The notes beneath the pieces were generated by a model. That model worked only from the letters and a program-made list of their open reading frames with translations, had not been told where the DNA came from and did no database searches. The translations under genes and the position numbers were made by a program. This document shows, piece after piece, positions 39,897 through 53,149 of a stretch of DNA of 64,000 nt (position 1 is its first letter; every line of letters starts with the position of its first letter). The DNA lies in NCBI GenBank assembly GCA_964106645.2, contig OZ067044.1. One strand, written 5' to 3'. Source of the stretch: Podarcis pityusensis. Its lineage: Eukaryota.

Positions 39897-41029
39897 ATCC
39901 TTTTAAGAGTATTTCTACTTATAACTATTGGCGTCATATTCTCAGCAGGGATAATAAAACTGGCCTTGGTGAAACCAACCAACCACTGAAGAAGTATCTG
40001 ATGCTTGGATTTCAAACTGTGGCAGTGGCTCATGAAGAAACACTGATTGTGCCAATATGCCTGAGAAAGGTTGTCTTTAAAAGTTCACAGGAAGCCTTTT
40101 CACCAGTGGGGTACAGATGTAAGAGATGGATTCATGGAGTCATTGTAAGAACATTTAAAAATGCCACGCAGGGACCTGTGTGCACATCCTTTCCTTTTTG
40201 AAACCCAATCTTGCCTGGATTTATAGCAATGTGGTTGAGCAGAACAAGAAAATCAAAACAATCAGAGAATTCAGCCCTGTGTGGCATTGCATCCTAAGAA
40301 TGAGAAGTGAAGTCCTTTCTCCCTTTCCATTACAGGGTCTCTGTGTATTGTTCAGCCTTTAACAATCTTTTAAAGAACTCTCTGTTTGGAGTTGGATCAG
40401 CAGACTATCATTAATTTTCATAGTTCTCCTTGGTATAATGTTGTTTCCTTATCTGTCCTCTCGTTTTTCCTTTGACTCAGCCTTTGAACGTTAATCTGCT
40501 CTTCAGTGATGACTGCATCCACCCTCATATCGGATCTATTTGTTTGTATTGCTTGAGCCTAAACTGGATTGCACATTTCTTCTAAGAGGTGGTGATTTTG
40601 ATAACCAGAACAACAAAAACAAAAAGCTTCACAGTGTTTCAAGAATGCTCAGATCTGGGACCCTTGAGTAAAACCAGGGAGCTGTGATCTGGGTTTGAAT
40701 TTCCCCAGATTCTGTGTGTGTTCATGTGCAGAAATCTACACAGAGGACATGATTCAGAGCCCTGCATGCAGTAGGAAAAAGGGGGGGGAAGCAAATTTAA
40801 GAGTTCATAGGAACGCATAACACTTACTTCAACATATAGGATCACCTATGGTGGTCTACTTATCTGGTGGATAAGGCAATCTGGCACAAGTGGGGTGTGA
40901 AGACACTAGAACAAAGCAGATTATTTTCCCCAGTCTCTGCTTTAAACAGAAACACTCACATATGCTATTTCCCAAGTTCTGTGTTTAAGGCATGGCATGT
41001 GATGGGAGTTTTTTTTTTAATCTTGGTGC

Positions 41030-41385
41030 TCCACCCTCCTCATTCCTCTGTGTGTTCTGGGAGACCAGGGGGAGTGGAGCTGGTCTCAGAAGGAGGGGGA
41101 GACTGCCTGGACTCTTCAGCAGACTGCTCATTGCGGCCTCTTGGGCCCCCCTTCTCTCCATCCTCCGCTTCAGCCTCTGATTCTGAACTGCCTTCTGCCA
41201 CAGCCTCTTCCTGCTCACTAAACCCTGTTGCTTCTTCAGCTTCTGACACCTCCAGTCTACTCCCTCTGACCTCTCATTGTCATCCCACCACCAATCCCCT
41301 GGCTCTGAGTCTTCTTCTCCTGGGGCTTTCCTTGGGGTTTCCCCAGCTGGTGCCTCCCACCACTCCTATGCATCCAATCAGTCCA

Positions 41386-41390
<5 letters not shown>
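41030..41390 (-). mobile_element. Possible LTR-like repeat with purine-rich minus strand, next to (CA)n at 41387-41416
   Basis: Begins TGTGATGGACTG on the minus strand; strong GA skew; other end not located. Confidence 0.35.
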
Positions 41391-41420
<30 letters not shown>

Positions 41421-42098
41421 TCCCAGGATAATGGGAATTACTGTCTGGTTTTTGCAAGAACCCAGTTATTGTCTTATATTCTCCTTATAACAGGCAAACA
41501 TTTCAAGGGACCCATGCAGCTTACCCTGGCCTACATTGTTAAGCTGCTAGTGACATGTCCTGGCTCATGCTATCAGCATGGCAGAATCTTCTTCATGTGG
41601 TATCAATGACAGTAGCCCAAGCTCTGCAGTCAAACTGTCAAGCGCAGCCTTGGATGGTGCGAAATACTCTCACACTCCTCCTTGCTGTATTGTGACAGGA
41701 CGATGTGTGATTGCACTAATAATGTGCAACGTCAACGTTATCTGTACAGGAAATAGTTGCCTGGCTGATGGTAGTGACAGCCTCTAGCTCGAAACCCAGA
41801 AGATTAAACCCAGCTGGTTGAGGGCGATCCCAGTCTAGTAAATTTCTCCATGTCATTGACTTGTATGGAACTAGGGGAAGCAGCTGCCTAGGAATTACAA
41901 AACAGAACAAATAGGCCCCCATTGTGAGGTTTCCCCTTTTGCTTCATGCAGTCATCAAGTTACCCATACTAGATCAAGGCTAGTTTATGCCACAGTAGTG
42001 GCAAGGGGGAAACTGCTCCACAAAAATAACTTCCTGTATACAGAACGGTGTACATATCAGCCACTCTGTCAAGCCTGTCTTTACTCTCTGTGTGAGAA

Positions 42099-42141
<43 letters not shown>

Positions 42142-42260
42142 ATAGCCCACCCATCTGGCCCCAGCCACTCTGGGCAGCTTCCAACCCCTATATAAATATA
42201 ACCAAGCACTAAACATTAAAAAATCCTGATACAGGGCTTCCTTCATTTTTTCTAAAAGTT
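42099..42260 (-). mobile_element. L2 3' end with (GTT)n tail
   Basis: ccccagccactctgggcagcttcc..acagggc..ccttca shared with 59500-59910. Confidence 0.75.
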
Positions 42261-42286
42261 ATGTAAATAAATGGAATTGTCTTTCA

Positions 42287-42456
42287 CTGAGTCAGACCAT
42301 TGGTCCATCAAGCCTTGAACAGTCTACACTGACTGGTGGTGGCTTTCTCCCGGGGTTCAGGCAGGAGTCTTTCCCAGCCATATCTGGAGAAGTCGGGGAT
42401 TGAACCAGAGACATTTTCTGTGAAGCCAAATGCTCTACTATTGAGTTAAATCCCTT
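42287..42456 (-). mobile_element. Squam3-like SINE
   Basis: gtcagaccattggtccatc..ggggattgaacc..tgctctact. Confidence 0.7.
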
Positions 42457-44344
42457 CTTCCATCTTTTCCTCTCCATCCCATCTACTTCATGCTCAGCTC
42501 CTGGGTAAACCCAAGTCTCCTGATTATCTGATTGTGTCTTGTCATTGCTGAAAAGTATATATTTTTCAGCGTTTAGAGGAGATTTTTCCTACTAGCAAAG
42601 CTGTAGAAGGAAATCACATCACCAGTGAAGGGACTGCCAGCCCCCTTGGCACTTTTCTTCTCATCCTGTTTTCGGAGCCCAGCGTCTGTCATCCATTCAA
42701 TAAACAAGCAGCTTATCACACCATAAACATTTATTTAACCCCTCTCTTCACCTGGATCCATACCAGCCAAGCAAAGGGCTTGATGGGGGTATCCCCTTCC
42801 TGTCTAATTACCACGGCAGAGAAAGACACACACACAAACTTTATTCTACTCTGCTCTGTTCTTCTGATACATCTGGAGAAGTTTGGAAGGAGACACTTCA
42901 TTTCACATAGCTGATAAGTACCTTGTTTCCCTGCCTTCCTCATAGCTCTTAGGGCACGGCCACCCTGCTTCCCTGAAGACATACCACTTATCCCATCCAA
43001 CTGGAGTTAGCTCTAAATTCTGGAGATGGCAAGCACAGTTGTTTGCATTTCTCCTTTTAACAACTGACTGTGCTGGACCCAGATTGCAATTCCAAAGTGT
43101 GTCTGTGAGAGAGAGATATTTTATTATATATATCTCACAAGATATTCTTTGACTCTGACATCATCAGAAAATGGAATTGGTTAAGCATGTCCATTTCCTT
43201 AGCTCCCACAATATCCATTTTTCTCTCTGTGGACTTATTTTGTTTTTCTTTCATGGTGTTGCTCCCACACAATGGGGCCAATTTTTGCTCAAGACAAAGA
43301 AAACATAAACAGACATGTATTTGGAGTTAGCACAACGTCTAAGCTCAGATGACTCTCCCCCTCCTTCTCTGCCTTTCCTCCCCCTTTTTTCCATTTTGCA
43401 GCATAGAAGAGATGCATTGGTCACTGCATGTTTTAACCATTAAACATCTGATTTACAGTAAGTGGGAACTGTGTGCCTCTTTTTGAGAGCTGCAGTCCTA
43501 ATGTACATCAATCTAGGGAAAGTTAGCTAGATCAACGGAACTTAAACATTACTCATTTTATCTGGATCAGGGAAAGGTATTTAGGATCAGGCTGTAAGGG
43601 TTGCAAAAACAGGAGCAGCAACTTCCAATTCCAGCGAGTGTTTGTGCTGTAGAGTTAGAAGAAGCATTAAACTCATCCCTCTGCTTGCTGCAGGCTAACA
43701 AACCTCAGTTTGGAAAATTGCCTGCACATTATGCTTCATAACTTTCTTTTTAGAAGGTCTAGACTTTTTTAAAAAATCATGAAATGAAAGCTCAGACTTT
43801 GAGGGCCCTGCTGTAATTACTCCACTTGTACCATTATAAATCCAGTTATCTTAGGATGCCATGAATTTCTGTTGCTTGGTGTCCAAGCAATTCCCTTGTC
43901 AATCGCAGCTCTGCCTTCACTCATTAGCTAAAATCATGGGCAAATGGCAGCAGCAGCCAGGATAGTTCATTTAATAGAAATAGCTTAGAAATTGCACATG
44001 GTGCTTTAACTCTCTTTGTAGAAGGGCTAGAAGCATGCCTTTTATTTTATATAAATGTAGTCTCAGAGTCTGGTGCACCTGTTTGGAGGTGCCAATGAAG
44101 ACCTTCATGGGTGCTGGGTTGGCGAACCCTGCCCAAATGAGCCAGGCCTCCTTTAGCTTTAATCGGAGAGTAGGGAAAAAGAAGAGTAGAAACAGCACAA
44201 CACACTAAAATACTAGAATTCAACAGGGACACTTCGTTGTAGTCATGTTTTCAAGGTATCCTCTCAGTTAACAGTGTTTACTTGGCCTACCAGCTGCAGG
44301 ATACCCTAATTCAGCACATATTGTGCATACCTATAAACCTGTTG

Positions 44345-45110
44345 TTGATTATGGCACTCCTCAAATGCCTGAAGGGTGGTTGCCACAATGAAGAGGACAA
44401 AGGACATGTTCTCCACTGGCCCAGATGGCACAACTAGAGCTAATCGGTTTAAATTACAAGACTGTAAACTTTGACTGAAGCTTCTTGATAGCAGGAGCAG
44501 ATCAACAATGAAATAAGTTACCTAGAAGTTGTGATGGGGAAGAAATTCAGTTCAGATTGCATTTAAAGCTGAATTTATCAAATTTGCACTTTCTGAAACG
44601 ACATAAGAACCGAAACACAGGCATTCTTGAAAATTGTCACTTATCTGAATTTTGTGGTGCAGCCAAACAATGTTTCAAAAATGCATATATTGGGGGTGGT
44701 GGTATAAAAATTAACATATCTGTGAAGATAAGATACAATGCAGCATTATATTAAACAGAAGTTGTTTGCAAAAATGTGTACATTAGTGCAAACTGCAGAC
44801 AAAAGTGTGTGTGTGTGTACAGAGAAATTTGCACTAAAATGCTGGAGAATTTTCATGAGATTTTTTAAAATGCAAATCTCTGCAGAAATGTGGACAATTG
44901 AATTTAAAACTGGAAAAATTAAAGAGAGATAGAGAGAGAATTGAAATTGACAGATCCTTTCACCCCTAGAGGAGGGATAGTGGGCTCTCCTTCATTGGAG
45001 GTCTTCAAGCAAGGGGTGGAAAGCCAGCTGGTGGAGATTCTTTGCTCTGGATTTTCTGCAGAGGGTTGGACGAGAAGACCTACAGGTCCCCTTCCAACTC
45101 TGTGATTCTA
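44345..45110 (+). mobile_element. Old CR1 3' fragment interrupted by an AT-rich DNA element (44531-44969)
   Basis: CR1 sequence (ctgaagggtggtt..; tctccttcattggaggtcttcaagc..ccttccaactctgtgattct) resumes after the insert. Confidence 0.7.
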
Positions 45111-48100
45111 AGTTTGGGTGGTTTGGGGCAGTGCTTTTATTAACGTGCATGTATATTGCTAATATAGAGGGTGAAAAGAAATGAGACGAAGAAACCGAAA
45201 GCTGCAGAATATGGAATAAACTTGTGAGTGTGTATGGAAGTAACCAGCCCAATGCTAGTTTCTGAATGCATTGGTTGAAGATTAGGAATAACTCTGGGAA
45301 TTCAGAACTCTTAAATCATGGGGGGAAGGATCCAGGTAATTAGAGTTCTGGAAACATCCCTAAGAGCTGATCAAATAGGCAAACAAGCCTGAAAAGCAGT
45401 GCCGGTTTGAGGTGCTTATAAATATCCCACTGTAGACGCACACAGCAAAATGAAAGTGCCCATTAGCATCCAGTATCCAGTTTTATCCCAGCAAGGGAAT
45501 CCTCACACTGTAGCAGTCCCACTGGGAGAAGCAGTCGAAGGGCACAGCGTCCTGCTTATAAGGGCTGCCTGCCAACCTTTTGCAAGAATGTGTGTCTCCC
45601 TATTTTCCTCTACAATAAAATAATAATTTGGCAGAGCCGGGGAAGGAGATAGTAAATCAATACCAGATTGCAGACCTCGCTGGGAAACTCAGCCTATTTG
45701 TCAAAGCATGTCAGCTTGCTATGTGAACTGAACCTGGTTCGAAGCTTCTGTACTTGCTACATGCTTGGCTTTAGGAAATGGAGGAAAAGCTCAGCACCGT
45801 GTGGTGCTCACAACAGGGTTAGCAATCATGGTAATGTGCTTTTGAAAAGTAAATGCTGGTTGGGGTGCAGAGTTTGTTATCAAGATTTCAGCACATGGGT
45901 AGGGGAGACTTAGGCCTCCCTTCACTGATCACAGTCTCTGTGAACTCCTCCTTATTCCCTGTCCATGTGACAACTGGCATTAGGAGAAAGTTCCCATTGG
46001 CAGTAATCACAGAGATTGCTTACATTGCCAACTTGATGGCAGTCCCCTTGCCTCATGCCATGTGTTTAATGGATTAATTGCTAATCACACTGTTAATGGC
46101 GCATGTAGTCAGGCTCCAAATTCATGGTGTTGAAGGAGGAACAATGTCATTATTTGTCTAAATGGGTGCCATTCCACTAGTCTTACACTCAGTAAGCAAT
46201 GTGTGGTAGGAAGGAATCAGTGGCAAGTAGAGTAGAACCTGGGAAAGACTGGGTGAGTAAGCAGCCACAATGGTTATATGAGACTGTGGGGCACTGAGGC
46301 CCTTGCAGGTGGTGTTTCCGTGCCAGCAGGAAAAGGAGGAAGAGGAACAAATTGAGCCTTGTCGACTCAGCAAAATAGAGTGGAATACTAAAGAAATGAC
46401 TGGGTTCTATTTTCAGCCCTTATGTGATGAGCAGTTGATTATGTTACTTGTATGATGCCATGAACTTTGTTCTTCTTCCAAAAAATCCAAATCAATCAGA
46501 ATGTCTCCGGAAAAGCCTTTCTAGAAGTTTATCCATGAACACCCCATACAAATATTGTCTAGCTGCAATCATGACTATAACCCCCTGATGATGCCACAAT
46601 CTACTTAACAAAGTTTTTCCAGTTTGTCCCCACCCAGAGATACTTCAAACTGAAGCAATGAGCCATAAATAAAGAATATGGGGTTTGTTTTGTTTAGAGT
46701 TTGTTTGGTCTTTGCTTTGTCTCATTTGTAGAGGTTGGACCAGTTTTCTTTCCCCAAACCAGCAACTAGGCTCACTGTGAGGAGGTTTGAGAACCCTGAG
46801 CATTAGAGAATGTTTTCAAACTCAGTTCCTCCAAGATGTACAGGGTGACTGCAACAGACACATGCACTCTCAATCTCGCTTTTTCCCCTCACAGCATTAA
46901 ATTTCTCCTTATCTAAATGTTTTATAGCAAACATTACAAATACTACTTTACTTCCATTTTGCCCTGATGCCGTTTGGCTGCTCTTAGTGGAGTTGTTCGG
47001 CATTTGCCTCCTGGCGTCCAAGATCAGAAGCAGGCCTGAGGCTGTTATTTATTGCCTGGCTTTTGCTTTCGATAAGAAATATTCTTTCACATGCCACTTT
47101 CCTTTTACAGAAGCGCCCTGTGTCTGGTGTTCAAATTATGCTTTCCAAGTTCAACTGTGCGTCTAATTGTTTCTGGCTTCTTGAAAAGTACTCTGGGGTA
47201 GTAGACAAGCCGTCAGCATGTGGGGAAAATGACCAGTGACTTAATATAAACCTCCTGCCTTTTATCAGCTAATGTCCTAACTTGGGTTCTGGCACAGACC
47301 TTTACCTTAAAGCCATCTAAATCTTGATGGAAAATAAAATAGAACTCCACATACCTGTCCTGTGGATTGCCCTTATCAGAAAGGGTTAATTGGTTCAATT
47401 AGCCCCCTCCCCACGCTGTCTAGCTTTCAGCACTTTATGATGAAACAAGACATATTGACATTTTTCTTAAATGAAAGTATCTTGCAACTTTGGATATGAA
47501 CAATCCCACTTGTTACACTTCTTTGTATTTCCTTGGATCTCTTTCTTACCCTGGAAAGATAATGTTCCCTTGACAGAGCTAAAGGATGCTGTAGCAAAGA
47601 CTGCACTCAGAATTTCCATTCAGGACAGCCTTTGCTTTTTTTGTGTCCAATACAAGTACCAATAAATTTACAGTTACAAATGTGTTCAGAGCCGGTCAAA
47701 CCCGTGGGCACATAGGTGCTTCTGCATGCACCTATATGCATAAGTTTGGGAAGAAAAAAGGTACTGAACTGTCCAGTCAAGATGGACCAGATCAAGCCTA
47801 AAGTGTTTAGTGCCTTTATCTGCATTGACAATATATGCTTTATTATTAAATCACTTTGGGTTGTTTTATGGGAAACAATTTCATAACTAAAGTAACTAAG
47901 TAAATAAAATACTGTTTTTCGTTTCTCGTTTTTTGGTTTTTTTCTGATTATTGCTCCAACTGTTTTACCATTTGGTTGTTTTACTGTTTTGTGCTTGTTT
48001 TATTGGCCTGGCAATGGCTGGCTGCTATTAGTGGTCACTCTGGCAGAGTTTAACAACAACAATTATAGTTGTTAACCACCCTGAGTGTCCTCATTTAGGG

Positions 48101-48971
48101 AAGGGGAATGTGGGTTGTGAATATTTTAAATAAATGAATAAAACATGCCCTGTGTGTGGGTTGTGTACCCTTTCTTTGCACTGGCTAATTCATTAAGGGG
48201 TGGATAACATCACAACACATAGATTTTGTAGCCTATGTAGTTGATTCCAAATGGAGGCTAAATATGGCACAAAGATCTTGCAAATGGGGCCATGGCAACA
48301 GGTTGCTGTTTTCTAAGTTATCGGATCCCCCCCCCCCCGAAAGTATAAATCCAGATTAAATGGGGCAGGTGTATACAGGCTGCCATTCTGGTGCCAATGA
48401 TACCCATTCCACAATAGACAACCAGCTGGACACACCCACATTGACAACTCTCATAGATAGCTTTGAATTCCATTGACTTCTCCTCATGCTCATGGGAATT
48501 ATTATGTTTCTAGCTTCCACAGAGAAAATGGATGTTGTTTTTTGTTTTTTTGGTTAATCACCATGTATAGCTGCATGATAAAATTCAAAGTAAAAAACAA
48601 GCCATGATTCTCCCTTCCCCAAAGATTTGGGAAGGTTGGCAGAAGAAGCGCAATCTCAGAATGGACTGTTCTCTGGAATCTGGTCGGAGGAGCCACATGG
48701 CAGGTTTCCTTTGAAGGACAACAAAAGAGTTGTTGTTGTTGTTGTTGTTGTTGTTTTAAAAATCAGCTGAGAAACTCTTCTGCCCATGCTCAGCAAATGT
48801 CAATGGATGAACCGTTAAAGTTTATTGGAAGTTCCATTAAAAGAGGTTTGTTTTTGCTTTTCCATCTGAAAGTGACATCAAATAAACCAATATATATAAC
48901 GGTTGAAGTGTGGAAATGATGTGGAGATGTGGCATGTGAAATGTTGAAAACCATTATAAGACCCTTCATTT

Positions 48972-48993
48972 TCTATCTAATCTACCTATCTAC

Positions 48994-49036
<43 letters not shown>

Positions 49037-49045
49037 ATCTATCTA
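48972..49045. repeat. (TATC)n microsatellite
   Basis: Direct observation. Confidence 0.9.
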
Positions 49046-49441
49046 TTTTTAATGAAATAAAAACTGTAAGGCTAGAATAAACCATTGAGACAATGCTCTT
49101 CATGCATACATGCCTAACATATTACTGCGATATACTACAATATACGGACAGCATAATTACATCAGCCAAGCGAGGGACATTTTAGCCATGTTTTTAGCCA
49201 GTGTCTATTCAATGTGGTAGTAAACAACTAACTGCAATGTAAGCAAGTTGACCTGAAGTGTGCTTTCAGACCACATTACCTCACTACCGAGCCATTGGAC
49301 TGAAGCACATTAGTTTATGTCCGGAATCAACAGACCCCCTCATTTTAAAAATGTCTGAAGTTCTTTATTCCCCAGGACAAGTCTGAGAAGATAACACTCC
49401 AGAATTTTATTCCCCCAACTATTACCATGGTGATATGGCGC

Positions 49442-49482
<41 letters not shown>
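49442..49482. repeat. Compound (TG)n(AG)n microsatellite
   Basis: Direct observation. Confidence 0.9.
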
Positions 49483-49618
49483 TGAACAAATATTTCATTC
49501 CATCGTATTTTATCCTCTCAACTTGTTATTTTTATGACCACATGTTCATAGCCTATGTAGTACCTAAAGTATCCTGTTAACTCTAGGCATACAGGTTGTG
49601 AATGACTTCAGATAACCT

Positions 49619-49637
49619 GTGCTCCCTCTGCTGGTCC
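49619..49637 (-). promoter_or_regulatory. CTCF-like motif
   Basis: Minus strand GGACCAGCAGAGGGAGCAC. Confidence 0.6.
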
Positions 49638-49834
49638 TAGAAATGTAGGAAATAAGCACGCACACACTTTGAACAGAGTATATCAGTTATATCAGAAAAT
49701 GCAACAGCAACACTTTTGATTTCAGGCAAGATATGTGGATATATTTGTGAAGTGGAATTTGTAGGAGCCAACCAATGTTGACTTTCAATCAAATTTTATG
49801 ACTGCTGAATCTACCATAAAGGTCGGTCTCTCTC

Positions 49835-49839
<5 letters not shown>

Positions 49840-49879
<40 letters not shown>
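49840..49879. repeat. (TC)n microsatellite
   Basis: Direct observation. Confidence 0.95.
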
Positions 49880-49884
<5 letters not shown>

Positions 49885-49899
49885 TTGCTGTAGTATAAC

Positions 49900-51100
49900 A
49901 ATTTATAGCCTACTAAACCAGGTTGCGCTGGCGCACACATCTATATACAAACACATGATGGCACTACTTAATCTCTATTTTTTCAAGCCTCCACACATAT
50001 GAAGCACATTGGAAAGAAATGGGTCTACATCCTGAAATACCCCACATGGATCTCAGTTGAGTATTTCCTTTTTATCTCCAGCCCTTGAAATAGTTGTGAC
50101 TGTGTGACAGTGCCAAAAACCCTATCTATACCTCTAACCCTGTAGCCTGACAGAGACCAGCCCACGTTTATATTTGGGTGCGCACGCGCTAGATAGCTTG
50201 CTTTCCCTCCTCTATCACACTCATAAGCTGATTTTGTGTGTATGTGTGTGTGGGTTTTTTTTAATGAGTGTGATGACATAAGCGCTGTGACTTCCAGTGA
50301 TGCTGTGTACCAACAATTCTGGCAGGAGTCAAGCATTCTTAGAAAACCAGGCCATTTTTATGTATGAGGTGCTTAAATGCAGTCCTGGATGAAGTCAGTC
50401 AGCTTAAACACTTCAGCCAAACATCCCCCCACTCCCCAAGCATCTAAACTATTTCCACTTTCAAGTGGGCCACTTTCTCCTCGACACTTGAATCTTTTGG
50501 CAAAGAGCACCAGTGGCAAGAAAGTACATCCAATCGGCTCCAAAAAAGAAGCCCCAAAGAGGTGGGTCAGTCTTTCCTTCCCCTTCCCCCTCTCCTCCAA
50601 GTATGCAGTGGGTGGGTGTTTTCAAGGAGTGTGTGTTTTGGATGAGGGAGAGCATCAGCTGCCTGGTATCAGTCCTCTGGCTCCGGCTGGGCGGGACGGA
50701 GTCTGAGCAGAGCCAGGCGCGGGAGGGTCAAGTACAGGTTGCTGAGCAGGAAAGAGGCAGGGGGAAGGGAGGCTTGGGTCACTCCTTTCTGTCTTTCATT
50801 CCCCCCCCCTTCCCGTCTTGCACAGTGAAGGGAATGTTGGGTCTATTCCATCAGTGTGGTATGTCTGTATAAACATCATTAGCCCGTACCGAACTGACAT
50901 GCTGTAGATTTTCATTTCTCCTTACAAATTGCTCCTCTCCACAATAAAAATACCAGTCATATTAGATGGAATATGTTGAGGCAGGGAGGGGAGAAAAGAG
51001 ATGGAGATGTTTATTCTTGCTCCCTTTGATCTGGTGGAGAGCCGGGAGCAGGCTGCAGGCACGAGAGACGACGGAGACAAAGGCAAAGATGTCACCCAAA
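49900..51100 (-). promoter_or_regulatory. Candidate promoter / 5'-exon region of an unidentified minus-strand gene
   Basis: No recognisable TE; retained CpGs; NRF1-like and TATA motifs; GC-rich patch at 50660-50770; donor-like TTT|GTAAGG at 50926/50925. Confidence 0.4.
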
Positions 51101-51351
51101 GAGAGTTGGGTTCTTTTTCACGTTGGCACACCAAACAGTGGGCCCTGTTTTGAAAACAGGTAGGAGGCTGGGAGGCTTGATTCATGGCAGGGCCCGTAGA
51201 ATGATGTCATACATTCTTCAAGGGAACACTCCATGGCAGCAGAAAGCAGAGTTGGCCCCAATTTTGCCTTGTTTCATCCTCCCCCAGAATGATCCTTCTT
51301 TAGGCAAGAAATTTAACTGATGGCTCCAACTTCTTCAGCAATTATATTCAG

Positions 51352-52152
51352 TGGGGATGGGTGACTGCTCATTTTTCTTGGTTTTTCTCAGTTTTTCTCG
51401 GTTTCTCGTTTTCCCCATCTTAATTTCAGTATTCCACATTTCCAGTTGAGTTTGCAATTTATTTATTTTATTTAAAAAGTCCTTATGAAAATTCACCAGC
51501 ATTTTAGCATGAATTTCTCATAAGAATGTAAGAAAAGCAGTCTGGACAGGCCAGTTGTCCATCTTGTCCACCATTCTGTTCTTACAATGGCCAGCTAGAT
51601 GCCTGGGAGAAACCAGCAAGCAGGATCCAAGCTCAAGAGCACTCTTCCCTCCTGCAGTTTCCTACAACTGGTGTTCAGAAGCTTCACTGCCTCTGACCGG
51701 TGCAGACAGAGAATAGCCATCCTGGCTAGTAGCCAATGATAAGCTTATCCTCCATGAATTTCTCCAACTTTCTTTTAAAGCCATCTAAGTTGGTGGCCTC
51801 CTGTGGGAGTGAGTTCCATAGTTTAACTACTTGCTGTGTGAAGAAATACTTCTCCTAATACACGTTTGTATGCACTGTTGTCAAATGTACACATTTCTGC
51901 TAAACTATTCCATCAAAGTAATGCACTTTTATACGTCCATCTTCACCGAAACATTGCTTTTTAATGGACACTTCACCCCAGTATATGTGTTTCTGTACAC
52001 ATTACATGACCGGAGAACTTAATTGCAAAATTTGGAGAAATGTGAATTTTGAAAGAAGGCTTTGTTTCAGTTCTGATTCTTTTTGTAAGTCAGAATTTGG
52101 TTTTTAAAATGCCTTTAAACGTGAATGAAACTGAATTTTTCACCAGCCCTAC
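51352..52152. mobile_element. AT-rich DNA element (44531 family, reversed) with nested CR1 3' fragment at 51518-51851 (-)
   Basis: Similarity to 44531-44969 on both sides; the insert matches the reverse of 18215-18678. Confidence 0.7.
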
Positions 52153-53149
52153 TTTTCAGGCCTGAGTTTGGAATGGCTTTTGGGCCCAAGGGCAGAGGTT
52201 TCGACATTAGACCTTTTCAAAATATATTTGACAAATGTGGCTATCGGCTCATCTGGTTGTCTTGAACCCACAAACCGTGGCACCTACAAACTCCTAACAG
52301 TATTAATAATTGTAGCAAACATACAAGGGGGGAAATGACTGATAGTTTGAAGGAGTAGTAACAAAGTCCTATCAAAGCATAGTCTTCCACCTGTTTTTAT
52401 CAACAATTCCTATTTAGAAACTTATCAGCTTTTAAAAACCAAAACCCTTAATTAAAATTTCCAGAGAAAAATAGCTTGGAGCAACACACCCACCAGTCTT
52501 CTTTCAGGAAGCCTGGAACACTGGTTGACCAGCTGAGTAGCAGCATCAGTCCTCCTACACATTGTGGCTACTTATCACTGCAGGCACTCTCCTGAGATCT
52601 TTACTCAATGTCTGAAATGCCAGCGCTAGGATTACAGAATGAAAGGAAAGCGGAAGCTGCCTTTTTACGCAGTCCTTTTTGATAGATTAGCAAAATGCTC
52701 TCTGTGACATCAGTAGGTCCGTGTGGAAGCAACTTGAGGAGCACTCTGCATGTGATGTTTTTCCTACATGGAAAGCATTAAATGTCTGAAATAGCATGCA
52801 GTCAAATGTCACATGTAACAATTTCAAACACCTGTATTTTTCTCTATGCACAAAAGCATATAGATGACCATCATTGACCGCTGCTCCCCAGCATGTTCGT
52901 CAATGAGCAACATAAATGCACATCACATCTGAAGATCTGCACCCAGGTTTCACAGGATTGTATCCAGCATTAGTCATTTCAAGCTGACCCCTTGAAATGA
53001 TTGGGCATGATTAATACAGGACTATTCATTTTCTTTTTCTTTTGAAAAAATTAAATACTATTAAAAAAGATCTGTGAATAAATATATTGTACAGGTTTCT
53101 CACTATTCATCTCTCCCACCTGCCTTTTCTTGATTTTGGAATTGCTTTG

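Noticed and set aside
40867-41490. 207-aa Ser-rich ORF
   Set aside because: Product of compositional skew and a (CA)n tract; GTG start
41641-41664. REST/RE1-like site
   Set aside because: Only a partial left half-site; right half and spacing fit poorly
46950-47040. Possible minus-strand exon (LLILDARRQMPNNSTKSSQTASGQNG)
   Set aside because: Poor polypyrimidine tract and donor; unrecognised peptide
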